Below are positions 13,661 to 25,500 of a stretch of 64,000 bases of DNA, piece by piece; positions within the stretch are counted from its first letter, which is position 1; the number at the start of each line of letters is the position of its first letter. Both the position numbers and the translations under genes were made by a program. The notes beneath the pieces are model-generated. The model did no database searches and was not told where the DNA came from. It saw only the letters and a program-made list of their open reading frames with translations. The DNA is from Vicugna vicugna (taxonomy: Eukaryota), in assembly GCA_013265495.1 (NCBI GenBank), contig MU063892.1, forward strand, positions 4,559,308 through 4,623,307. The letters are read 5' to 3'.

Positions 13661-14815
13661 GCAGATGGGTGATATCAGTCTTGTTATGGATTGGGAAACA
13701 CACTCAGGCGAAAGCACGTTGATGAGGTTCATGCAATTTCTAATTGTAGCGGCTCCCTCTGCTCATGCCCTTATGATTATGTTTATTGTCGTGATGTTTG
13801 ATTGTGAGAATGCAAGAGCTTTGAAGCCCTGACTCTAGGACCTTGGGCAAGTGACTAGTTGAATCTGAGCTTCCCTTTCCTTGTTTTATGGTGAGGACAT
13901 AGTGCCTTCCTCCTGGTACAAGTCATGGGTGTGACCTGCATGATGACATTGATGACATATGTCAAGCCTCTTCCACCACTCTGAGCACTGAGCAGGTCCC
14001 CAGTAATGCCAGCCCATGCCTCCGCCACCGCATGCCTGGTCCTCAGCTGGGCTCCGGCAACACACAGTACAGACGCCCAAGGTGGCCCCGTCGGAGTCAG
14101 AGCAGGAAAGGATGCCACACACACTTATAGTTTCGAGGGCCCAGGGAGATGTCTTTTCAAGTCACAGCGACAAGAAGAGTGAATAGGAAAGTGAACAGCA
14201 GCCAGTGTCCCTGGCCTGTGTCGAGAAGTGATGACTGAGTCAGAAGCAAGTGAAAATGGAATCACAATGGGATGAGAGGGTGGGAGGCTAGGAGGGGAGC
14301 CAGGGAGCCGGGCAGGACTGGGAAGAAGGCTTTGCACTTATCTAACACTCTCCTCTGAGCTGTGGCGGATGCCCTCACCCATGCCTGTGTGTCCTTCAGC
14401 AGAAGGAGCCATAGACAAAGGCAGCAGGTGTTGCCAGGAACACAGGGACCAGCCTTAGAGATTATTTCATTCAAGCTGCTCCAGATTGACAGATTGAGAA
14501 ACTGAGGTTCCTTTGGCCTTGCTTAGGGCATAGCTTGAAATTGAGATCATCGTTTACCTAGGAAGCACATTGTCTTTCCACTAAAACCAGATACTAAATT
14601 GGCCCCTCTTATCTAGGGGGAAAAAAAACAACCAAAAAACTCAAACAGCTAATGATGTTTTCAGCAAGAAGAATGTGCTGAAGACTGTGCTGTGCTGAGG
14701 ACTTTTCAAATGTGTCACTGGTCTTCCAGCAGATGGGTGATATCAGTCTTGTTACGGATTGGGAAACACACTCCGAGAGGCGAGAGCACCTTGATGAGGT
14801 TCATGCAATTTCTAA
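13661..14815 (+). repeat. Dispersed direct repeat of 83 nt (13661-13743) and 87 nt (14729-14815)
   Basis: gcagatgggtgatatcagtcttgtta...ttgatgaggttcatgcaatttctaa occurs twice, with 3 substitutions and a 4-nt indel. Confidence 0.95.
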
Positions 14816-16614
14816 GTGGCAGAACCGGGACAAAACAAGAGGATTCCGGGGCTCACATTCTAAACCATTTCACCAGTCCTCCTTGAGCTTTACATGATTA
14901 ACAGGAAGGTACTGTCCACTTTGAAGTGGTTTAGGAGAGCCCTGCACAAGAGAAACTCAGACTGTTCATAATTGAGAGATTCTGTTGTAGCTACCCCAAG
15001 AGTTTATGGCGTGAGAACGCACGTCACATAAAATGAGAACTCAATATATGGGGCTTAAGAGACATCAAGAGTAAATATTTTAAAACCAATACCACTCATC
15101 TATAGCCGATAATACAGAGTCCTAATAACTAGCCCATTGAAAATCTACATAATTGAATTCCCTTATGGGAACCACTTTATGAAGAAATTAAACTCTTCTT
15201 TAAGGTCTGCGTTATCGGTCACATACAAAGGTATGTTTTTAATGTGTTATGGAGATTTTCAATTCATTTTATTTAAAAAAATAATTTCTATTTTTAAATG
15301 TAATACATTCTCATTATAGGAAACTCAGAAATGTCAGAGAAGTACAAAGGGAAAAAAAATCAAGAAAGTGTTACTGAGTGTATTGAAATACTGAGACCAC
15401 CAGTGGAATGGAAGGGATGCGGAGCTAATGGCCAAGTTTCCTGGGTTCTAATTCTGGCTGGCCCAGAGTCTAGTCCAGTTATATGGCCAAATGCCTTCAC
15501 TTTCTGAGCTTGAGTTTCTCCTTCTGAAAAAAAAATGTAGCTGGGAAGATTCAAACTAGATGATCGTTACCAGCCTTTTCTGCTCTGATGTGAAATAGAT
15601 TTCTATCTTAGACATTTCATCAGCACTCATGTTTACACTTTCCATTTTCTTGGCAAATACCTGTCATGGATGTAAGAAAGTTCCTTCCAGTCTTCAGCAG
15701 CAGCATCGTTATTCTAAAGGAATTCAGCCTGAATTCATGATGATTACAGTATATTTATGTATTCACTATTTCATCCATCCATCCATCCATGCATCCATTC
15801 AATGAGTTGCCTACCCTTCATCAGTCACAGTTCTAACTACTCAGATATGGAGATAATTAAGAAAATGTTTCTGCAATACAGAGACTCCCAGTTTAGTGGG
15901 GAAAACAGGCAAAAAAAATCCCTATCCCAATGACAGAGGTATTACAATTATGAAGGGCAGCCCCTCATTTATTTATGTACCGGGCAGTGTAGCAGGTGCT
16001 GGATACCGTGCTGAGCAAGATGGGGGCCGTTCCTTCTTCCATGGGGCGTCTGCTGTAGTGACAGGAGTACGGGAGCATGGGCGTTCGCAGTCAGCACAGG
16101 GAAACCATGTAAACTGCGTCCCTGGAGAGCTGATCTTCAACAGCCTGGGCGCCCTGGCTATACAAAGGCAGGATTGATTGAGGCTGGGATTCACCCAGGG
16201 CAGGGGCTAATCCTCCACTCGGGCTGTCAGAGGCTTGCATCTTTCAAAAAAGGAAATGCTTGGTTGCAAATAGTAGAGAGTTCGCTGAGCCAGCAGAAGG
16301 GGAAATGGAAGTCAATAAATAGCCATGGCATTGAGGGAAACCCTGCTGGAGACACCCGGCCTGATTGTTAAGGGTGATCACAGCTAAGGCTAAAACCACG
16401 GGTGTCCAGAAAACCTGAGATCAGTGATTCAGAAAAGCAGTGCAAATAACTGACTCTTGTTAGTGCCCAGAACTGATGAACATCTATTCCAACTTTCCAT
16501 TTTGCAGATGGGGAGACTAAGTCCTGGCAAGGAGGAAATTACTTATCCGGTGTTCCCAGAGTTAATGTGTCAACATAGGTCAGAACCCAGCAGGCATCTT
16601 GGAATGAGAGGGAA

Positions 16615-16830
16615 AGAGGAGAAAACTAATTTATTGAGCATCTATTTCACTTCCTACCTGAGCCATGAGCTTTACCCTTCACTACTTCAGTTTATTCTTA
16701 CATCAGCTCTGTGGGGTTGGCAGTCCTGTCATTCTCATTCCACAGAGGAGACGACTGAGACCGAAAAGGTGAAGTAACCTCCTCCCCAAAACCACACACC
16801 CAGGGGGAGAGGGAGGACTGGAGCCCGGAT
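16615..16830 (-). mobile_element. MIR
   Basis: atttattgagcatct...cacagaggagacgactgagaccgaaaaggtgaagtaacc. Confidence 0.65.
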
Positions 16831-19574
16831 CCGTGTGTCTCTAGCACTCAGGTTCTTTTCTCTCTGCCTCACCTCCTGTTCTCCAAGCAGCCTCCAGGGT
16901 GGATGCTTCTCATTTGCAAAATACATATTTGCTGTATAATGAATGTCAGTAATTAATGACACGTCCCGAGGCAGGGGAAACTTGCCTCGTAAGCACACGT
17001 GGAAAATGTAGCAGTGCCTCTTTTCTGTATGGATTTCTCATTCTCAATAATATTCCCTTAAGGAGGGAGAGGGAAAAAAAATGGCCTGTGCCCTGTCCTG
17101 AGTCACTGACAGAAGAGACAGGAGCCTCAGCCCTTGCTCTTTCTGGAGAGAGGAAGGAGCCTCCTTTCCCACCACCCTGCTGGCTTGCTCCAGCTGACTT
17201 CCCGTCCNNNNNNNNNNNNNNNNNNNNNNNNNNNNNNNNNNNNNNNNNNNNNNNNNNNNNNNNNNNNNNNNNNNNNNNNNNNNNNNNNNNNNNNNNNNNN
17301 NNNNNNNNNNNNNNNNNNNNNNNNNNNNNNNNNNNNNNNNNNNNNNNNNNNNNNNNNNNNNNNNNNNNNNNNNNNNNNNNNNNNNNNNNNNNNNNCTCCT
17401 GTCCCTCCCCCTTTAGTAAATTATTCTCAGCCAAGTCTGAGGGATCTCAGCCCTTTCCCTCCGTTTTCCTTACCTCTGGCAACAATCAATCCACTAGGCT
17501 GCACATACGTACAGCACACACATTCAGTGGCAGACCTCAGGGATAATGCTGGAGGGGAGAATTACTGACAGCATGCCTGCCTGCGAGCAGTCCCCTCTTA
17601 TTTGCCAGGTACCCAGAGAAGGGGAGAGGTAGATCTCTTTCTCTCCCTCTTCCCTTTCTCCTGTCTTTCCACAATCTTGTTCTGAATATTTTGAATACTA
17701 TCTCTGACCCATTCTTCTCTCCATATTCTGTTTTACTACCGTTTTAGTTTAACCAACATTTATTAAGCCCAGGCTGTTTGCTAGGTACTTGCTAATGCTG
17801 GGGATACAAAGATTTAGCAGCATTTAAATGTATAAAACAAGTTAACACTCAGAATGCTTTGTTTAAGGTCAGAGGTATAATGTTGATAGTGAATCAGTGA
17901 AAACAGTAAGGTCGTTTGATACATACAGACATTTAGAAACCAGGAGTTATGGGTGACAGTTGTAGAACCCGTGTTACGCTGGCATCGTGTTCACTGCTTT
18001 GTTTTGTTTTGGTTACACAAGGTTGAGAAAATCCTGATTCACAAGACTTGAAGTTGTAAAAAGCGTGAGCATGTTAGCACCTCAACGCACGTCCTCAATG
18101 AAACAAGGATGACAGGAGAATTTTTTTTAATGAGACTTGGATGAAACACATTTACCTGGCAACTGGGCTTAATGTGACAGTGCTCTCCAGTGTCCTGAAT
18201 TGTAGCATGCGACATCTGAGTGCTGAGCTTTTGTTCTTTTATTATTAAAGAGATTTAAAAATAAAACTTTTAAAGGAACATTAAAAGCTAAAAGTTGCAA
18301 AGTCCCTAAATCTCCCGCCTTGAGCTAGACGTTGCCATGAAACATGATTGGGAAACTCTCAGGTCAGGCCAACCAGAATCACTGTAGGAGTGAAGCATTG
18401 CAGGCTCATCTGGGAAATTTATCAGAGCCATAGCAGATAGTTATTCATTCAACTCTCAGTGTTGAGACACTGTTCTAGGCAGTGGGCTCAGCCAGGGCAG
18501 TTCCTTACCAGCATTTCCCAAAGTATGTCCCACAGAACACTAATCCTATGACTTGTCACCCCAGCAAGTCTTCCAAGGTGACGTAAGTTTAGGGAAAACT
18601 GTATATGTAGCACCCTTATGAAGAATCATACTGTCCTGGATATAAGGAATGGCGCAGTGTCTCACCAACTTTTTTTGTGGAATCTATTTTTGTAATGTAT
18701 CTGTGAACATTCTACAAATACGTCTTGAGAAAATCTAACAACGAATTGAATCAAAAAATATCCACTGACCTTAAGGAATGTACAGGGAAGCAGGACTGAT
18801 AGTAGCAAGGAGGTAGGACCCTTCTGGAATTTTGAACTCTGAAGGTGTACCAGGAAGCAAGAGGTGCTGGCCACCCAGAATGAGCTTGGCCAATGGGAAA
18901 ATATTGTTCAGGCAGTGTGAGATGCTAGCAAGTATTCATGCAACCAGGTGTAAGGCATGGTCAGAAAAAAAGGGCACATGGATACGTGGATGGATGATTG
19001 ATGGATGGATGTAAGGGAAGAAAAGAAGGGAAATGAGGGGAGGAGAGAAGAAGGGAGTAAAACCATTACAAACAAACAACAACAGCAAAACAAAATAAAA
19101 TCTGGAGATGATAGATGAAAACAAATTTTCCAAAAAGGGAAAACAAAGGTTTTGGAGGAGTTGGCATTTGATTTGGGGCTTATAAATGAACATGAATTGT
19201 TCATTCAGGTGGAGAGAATTCAGTTTTCTCATTACACTTTTAGTGCAAGTGTACTTTATCATAATTTAAATATTTGAAAATAGGACCTCTGCTTGTAGCC
19301 ACAGGGTCACTTTCTGTTTCCCTCATTAAGCCCTGAGCTCCTTTAGCATCTGGTTTGTACCTTTGACCTCCTCATGCCCGGTGCTCAGCAGAGAGCCTGG
19401 CAGGGCATGTGGTCAGGACTTGTTGAGTGAATAAGTGAATTAATGAACAAATGAATAAACTCCTTGTTAACCACAGTGGCAGGTAGACCAGAACACCCTC
19501 TTTCCATGACCATTTTTAAAACTAGACAGCTCACTTTATTTTCTAAGAAAACAAGGAAACCATTAAAGAAGACT

Positions 19575-20251
19575 CAAAAGACTAGGAATAGACTTACCAT
19601 ATGACCCAGGAATCCCACTCCTGGGCTTGTATCCAGAAGGAAATCTACTTCAGGATGACACCTGCACCCCAATGTTCGTAGCAGCACTATTTANNNNNNN
19701 NNNNNNNNNNNNNNNNNNNNNNNNNNNNNNNNNNNNNNNNNNNNNNNNNNNNNNNNNNNNNNNNNNNNNNNNNNNNNNNNNNNNNNNNNNNNNNNNNNNN
19801 NNNNNNNNNNNNNNNNNNNNNNNNNNNNNNNNNNNNNNNNNNNNCATTCTAAGTGAAGTAAGCCAGAAAGAGAAAGAAAAATACCATATGAGATCGCTCA
19901 TATGTGGAATCTAAATCACAAAAACAAAAACAAACAAACAAACAAAAACAAAGCATAAATACAGGACAGAAATAGACTCACATTCAGAGAATACAGACTT
20001 GTGGTTACCAGGGGGGTGGAGGGTGGGAAGGGATAGACTGGGATTTTAAAATTGTAGAATAGATAAACAAGATTACACTGTATAGCACAGGGAAATACAC
20101 ACAAAATGTTATGATAACTCACAGAGAAAAAAATGTGACAATGAGTGTGTATATGTACATGAATGACTGAAAAATTGTGCTGAACACTGAAATTTGACAC
20201 AACATTGTAAAATGATTATAAATCAATAAAAAAAATGTTAAAAAAAAAAAA
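19575..20251 (+). mobile_element. Young 5'-truncated LINE-1 (ORF2 C-terminus, 3' UTR, polyA), camelid-type
   Basis: Reads CTPMFVAALF...ILSEVSQKEKEKYHMRSLICGI; AATAAA 20225-30; A-tail; target-site duplication aaagaagact at 19565-74 and 20249-58; TT|AAA endonuclease site. Confidence 0.95.
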
Positions 20252-20307
20252 GAAGACTATTGGGGCAGGCAGTATTTTACCAGATTCTTTTCTCTTTCTG
20301 CTTACAG

Positions 20308-20392
20308 GAGAGTGCAGTTGTCATGAAGGCTATGCCCCAGACCCAGTTCACAGACACCTGTGTGTGCGCAGTGACTGGGGACAGAGTGAAGG
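20308..20392 (+). CDS. ASTN2: Astrotactin-2 internal coding exon (85 nt, phase 1 to 2): (G)[27 protein letters not shown](G), EGF-like region
   Basis: Pyrimidine tract ttcttttctctttctgcttacAG (AG 20306-07) and donor GTGAGT at 20393. Open frame matches the ASTN2 peptide as recalled and joins in frame to the next exon (GG|A = Gly). Confidence 0.95.
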
Positions 20393-20882
20393 GTGAGTGG
20401 CAAAGGACATCAGGGCAGGGACAGGGGAGGACCCGCCTCCCCTGTGGCATTACCAAATGCCCCAAACTGCTCCACAAAGAGGACTCTTTCTCTGCCATGG
20501 TTGTGCACCTGATGGAGAGTGAATCCTATTTAGTATTAAGGGTACATGATTGACGAGTCTTCTAGAGAACAAAGGCTGAAGTTTAAGCTCACCCTCCCAG
20601 CCATACGTAATCAAAAACACTCTCTTGAGCGGACTGATGAAGAAGAACCAGCTTTTAAACGTAAACTCCAAAATGGACAAAGTGAACTTTAAAGTGCTGA
20701 GTCCTTCTGTAAAATGGAGACATTCTTTTATGGAATAAACAGTCTTAATCCATAATTACTTCTGCAAAATTTGGCTGTTTGTAATGCTGCTCTTAGGCAG
20801 TGTCCACATGTGAATCTCACCTGCTTCTGACTAATACCATCTCCTATCCCTCTTTCTTTCCCTCTCTCAATTCTTCCCGCAG

Positions 20883-20957
20883 ACCCTGGCCTTACACGAC
20901 ACTCGAGAGGGGCTACGATCTGGTGACAGGGGAGCAAGCCCCTGAAAAGATTCTCAG
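20883..20957 (+). CDS. ASTN2: Astrotactin-2 internal coding exon (75 nt, phase 2 to 2): PWPYTTLERGYDLVTGEQAPEKIL(R)
   Basis: Long pyrimidine tract ending cccgcAG (20881-82) and donor GTGAGG at 20958. Peptide matches ASTN2; the ASTN1 paralog is recalled as [24 protein letters not shown]. Confidence 0.95.
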
Positions 20958-21075
20958 GTGAGGTGACAGTCCTGTTGGGGCACCTTCCCGGGGAGGGGGA
21001 AGGGTCTGATGGGGAGGTATAGTTATGCATCCTTAGTCAGTCAAGCCTGTGCACTTCCGGGATGCAATGGCCCAG

Positions 21076-21089
21076 GTTGCTATGGGAAT
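21076..21089. promoter_or_regulatory. RFX X-box-like motif GTTGCTATGGGAAT
   Basis: 13/14 match to GTTGCYATGGNAAC. Function not shown. Confidence 0.35.
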
Positions 21090-21652
21090 CTAACTCCCAT
21101 TTGTCTAGACTTAGATACTTGAACTGGAGGAGACATTGCTGATTATTTAGTCCAGTGGTTTTAAAACATTCTATAGCCATAGAACATCTTGCCACTTGCA
21201 TGAAATCTTGTGTGAAACTTCAGTACTTGAGCTGATGAAGACATAGAGCAAATTAAGTGGCAGAACTGGGAATCAGATTTTGGCTGAAATTGATTCAGAG
21301 TCTGCTCTTAACCTTTGTGCAGATTGCCCCTGCTGACTTAGCAGTCACTTATGATCCCCCTGCTGGCTATCAGGACTGCTTGGAAAGGCAGAGCTGAAAT
21401 TGTCCCTGTCCTCACAGAGCCCACTGCTACTTGGGAATCAGGACCTAGACTCAGGAGAATGAAACTATCAATACAGAGCATTGCATGGACTAAATGATTA
21501 GCAGAACGAAGAAATAACCATCCAAGTCTGGGCAGCATTGGCCCAAATTGGGCCTTGGAGAATGCAGAGGACTCAGTTGGTTGGGGGAGTGAGAAAGGGT
21601 CCTGGAAGGGATGGGAGGAGGGGCCCCCTTTTTCTGTTTCTCTCTGCTTCCC

Positions 21653-21840
21653 NNNNNNNNNNNNNNNNNNNNNNNNNNNNNNNNNNNNNNNNNNNNNNNN
21701 NNNNNNNNNNNNNNNNNNNNNNNNNNNNNNNNNNNNNNNNNNNNNNNNNNNNNNNNNNNNNNNNNNNNNNNNNNNNNNNNNNNNNNNNNNNNNNNNNNNN
21801 NNNNNNNNNNNNNNNNNNNNNNNNNNNNNNNNNNNNNNNN
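21653..21840 (+). CDS. ASTN2: Predicted next ASTN2 exon (about 138 nt, [36 protein letters not shown]...) hidden in a 188-N run
   Basis: Inference. The pyrimidine tract ttttctgtttctctctgcttccc runs straight into the Ns about 700 nt after the previous donor, and the expected peptide was not seen elsewhere in the window. Confidence 0.65.
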
Positions 21841-24799
21841 CCAGCATCCTGTACCAAGGACTTCTTGGAGCACAGGAAGCCCCTCTGTTTCAGGGTCACA
21901 GGAACACCTGTGGAAAAGTACTTTTCATGTCATTGAAGGAGGCAGCTGCCTAGTAGATGTGTAAAGAAACACTGTCCAACGTGCTGTGCCCCACACTCCT
22001 GAAAGTGACCTCCATGGTGGGCCTCAGTGCTTTTATATTTCAACATTATTACTTTCCTTTTGGGTTTATATAAAATATGAGAGAGGTTAACATGTTATCT
22101 GGCTCATCCTGGGATCTTCAATGATCTTATCTAATAAAAGATCATACTTTTAGTATATTGGAGAGTTATGAAGGTAAAAGATTGGAGAGTGAGGTGCTTT
22201 CTGTCTTGACTCTGGTACTGGGAACAGACTTTGGGCTAATCCATAGGTTCTAATGTCTGGGTCAAATTAATTTGTTCTTTACTCATGAAAGGATGGAGAC
22301 TACACCTTTTCTTAAACATTTTACACCTTATAGTTAACTTCATTATAGACTTACTCTACAGTGTTCTAATTAGTTGCTTACATATCATTCTGTCCTATTA
22401 TGTGGTGAATCTCTCAAGGTCAAAGAAAATAAGTTATTTAGCTCTTTAATCCCCAGTTCCCAGTACATATTGGACATCTACTAGATGTTTATTGATTTAA
22501 TTATACCGGTGACCTTAGATCTGATCCTAGCACTATTATGGAGCTTTCTAGTGGAGTATTTTTTCCCCTCCCAATTTGATTAGGGGAAGGATTCTAGAAT
22601 TTAAATGTTACAACAAATGGACTCTGATTTTACTTTTGGAATTGGTTTGTGCACAGTTTATTGGCTCCTGAGCTGGAACTTGGTGACACGGCCCCCAGTA
22701 TTTCCAGTGACTGTTACTTTACCCCTGCACAGCTGTCTTCGGGTCATTGTGAATCAAGATGCTATCATATGTCCATGGCATCTTAGTAGTGAGCTCCTAA
22801 AATCCGAGTCTCCTGCTTTACAATTGATTTATTCTCCCCTTCTCAACTTTTCATGGAAGGATGAACATAATATGATTTTTTATTGATATTTCTCCAAAGA
22901 GGCAATTTTAAAAAAGAACAGAAAATTAAAGGGATAGCACTTAGGAAATGAAGTGGTGATTGCTAGGAACTAAGGTGGGTTCATGCACACACAAGCTGAT
23001 TCATGAGAGGTTGCCACTATTTCCATTTTTGATGGGGTTTAAGTCAGGAAGACTTTAGCAAACCATGTGCTGAGGTTTCTCTGCATTGCATATGTTAAAG
23101 ATGGAGGAAAGACCATCTGGTCTAAGGACTCTTCTCCAAGATACCCTATGACTTTTCCTCAAATCAACTGCAAAAAGGTCTCCACCAGCTTTCCTCAGAG
23201 TTCTGTACTGTTGACACTGAATTTGTGATTTCAGTGAAGCTATAGATGTCAGACTGGCTGGTGATTAACACTCCCTCTGGAACTGAACAGGTCTGAATTA
23301 CAGTCCCGTCTCCACCATGGATGAGCTCTTTAATCCTGGCCAAATTCAACTTGCTAACTTTCCATTTCTTTGCAAATGGGGACGATAACAGTGCCTTCCT
23401 CACAGGGTATAATGATAATGACAACTCGTATCCATTGATCATTTCCTATGTGCCAAACACTTTGCTAGTGTTCTCTTGTTACATCCTTATATCAACCCCG
23501 TAAAGTGGTGCTATTATTATTTTTATTTTACAAATTAAAACAAATCTGAGGCATAAAGGTGATACCTTCACTTACACGATCTCTCCAGCCCCAGAATGCA
23601 TGTTCTTAACTATTGCATTGAAACACCTCCCAAGAATTGTTGTAATGATTAAGTCATATGTGTGAATCCTGGTACACCATATACTCCCAAAGGTACAGTG
23701 TTACCAATTTTAAGTGCAATAAATTCCCACTGCGATGTGGTTCATGTAGAAACTGGTGATGATGGAGAAGGCAGAGCCGAGAAGGTGTGTACTATGTCAT
23801 ACTGCTGAGAATGACCATGATCTGTGGGATAATTAGTTGCCTTTTTTGCTTCAGTGTGAATTATTATGTTAAACAGCAAGCTAGACAAGGAGGAGACCAG
23901 AATATCAACCTTCAGGGACTTTAAAACGTCTTTGGAAATGCTAAAACAAAACTGAGAAAAGTATAGTACTCAAATTTATTTCAGGGGGAATATTGTAGGT
24001 AGTTGGAAGAAATACTCTAATAAGTTGAAAGGGGTGAGACCTTCAGAGGGCATGATCCAATAACAATTAGATGCTTCTGAACCACTAAGAATTCTGTGCC
24101 TGGTTACATGGAGGTTGTGTCTTCACTGAGTTGAGACCAGAGCAGGGTTGCTCAGGATAGGAGAGGGGATGGAATCCTGCAGCTATGACTCCTCCTTCTC
24201 AACCCTTTGAAGAATATCCAAATTTCAAATGTTTGAAGAATATTGGTTTGATTAGAGCATTAAATTACTGTCCTGCTTGGGGTGCCCGCACGTCTCTGTC
24301 TAGGCTTGGAGCAATTGCAGGCAGGCTTTGTAAGTCTTACCTTCATCCTCCCTGTCACATGCCCGTTGGTTTCACTGCAAGGGTGGATAAAATATTGCAG
24401 TTGTCATCATTCAAAAGAACCTATGCTACGTACATGGAGTTTTCCAAGCTGCACTAATAAACCTTGTTTGACATGACATTGCCCAGGCAAGCGTATCATG
24501 GACGTTTAAAGAATTAATAAGTCTGGGTCTGATGATATGTTAGAAATTAATAAATAATAGATCATAATTATAGATAGCCAATAATATGTCATAGAATCAC
24601 AACTGAGAGATGAAAGGAAGAGCAGAGTCAGGAAGGAAAAGATAAGTGCTCCAGTAGGATTGGGAAGGAAGTTTAAAGGTGCTTTCCCTGTTTGTATTTT
24701 GTTTGTTTGTGACAGATTACTGTGAAAGTATGGAATCTCACACTAGGGGAGGCAGAAGAACCTAGAGTCAAAAGTACAGGCTCTACCCACCTGGGTGTC

Positions 24800-25500
24800 T
24801 AAATTTAAAACATTTTTTGGTAACAAATGTTGGTGAGGATATGGAACTCCTGTACTTTTATAGGGGGGTTATAAAGTAGTATGACCACTATGTAAATCTG
24901 TTGGGCAGTATCTACTAAAGTTGAGCATCTACACGTCCTATAACCCGATTCCTAATTCCACTCCTAGTAAAATACCTAACAGAAATATGTCTATGTGCTG
25001 CAAATACTGCATTCAAGAGTACTAATGGTAGTATTCATTTGGACTGCCAAAAAGCTATAGGAAAAAAAATCCAGATGCCCAACAGTAACAAAACTGTGAA
25101 TAAATAGAATAAGTAGATAAATAAAACAAAACAGTGGGATGCTATTAATGCTGAATATTAATGAACACAACCACCACACACATCACCACTTATGAATTTC
25201 AGAAATATGCGATTGAATTGTGGAAGACACAAATGAATATGTGCATTTAAATAAAGATCAAAACCAGTAAAAACTAATCCCTGATGTTAGAAGAAAGACT
25301 AGGGGTTACCTTTGGGTGGCAGAGGGGGCCAACGATTCAAGTGAAGCATACCAGTGTGCTGATAATATTTGATTTCTTGATCTGGATGGTGATGATATGG
25401 GGGTTTTCATTCTTTGTAAAAATGCATCAAACTGTACAGATATGATTTTCACACTTTCCTCTATGTGTGCCATATTCTGATTAAACATAAAGTTTACAAT
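24800..25500 (+). mobile_element. Ancient L1 (L1ME-type) ORF2 end and 3' UTR
   Basis: caaatgttggtgaggatatggaac...ccactcctag...tttcttgatctggatggtg...aaaatgcatcaaactgtac. Confidence 0.8.

Noticed and set aside
13661-14815. Tandem snoRNA or miRNA interpretation of the 83/87-nt repeat
   Set aside because: No terminal C/D box pair, H/ACA layout or long hairpin on either strand. CRISPR-like reading is also excluded: two copies, 1 kb apart, in a mammal.
20281-20307. Alternative in-frame acceptor (CAG at 20281-83, +24 nt)
   Set aside because: No pyrimidine tract upstream of it; the downstream AG has the strong tract.
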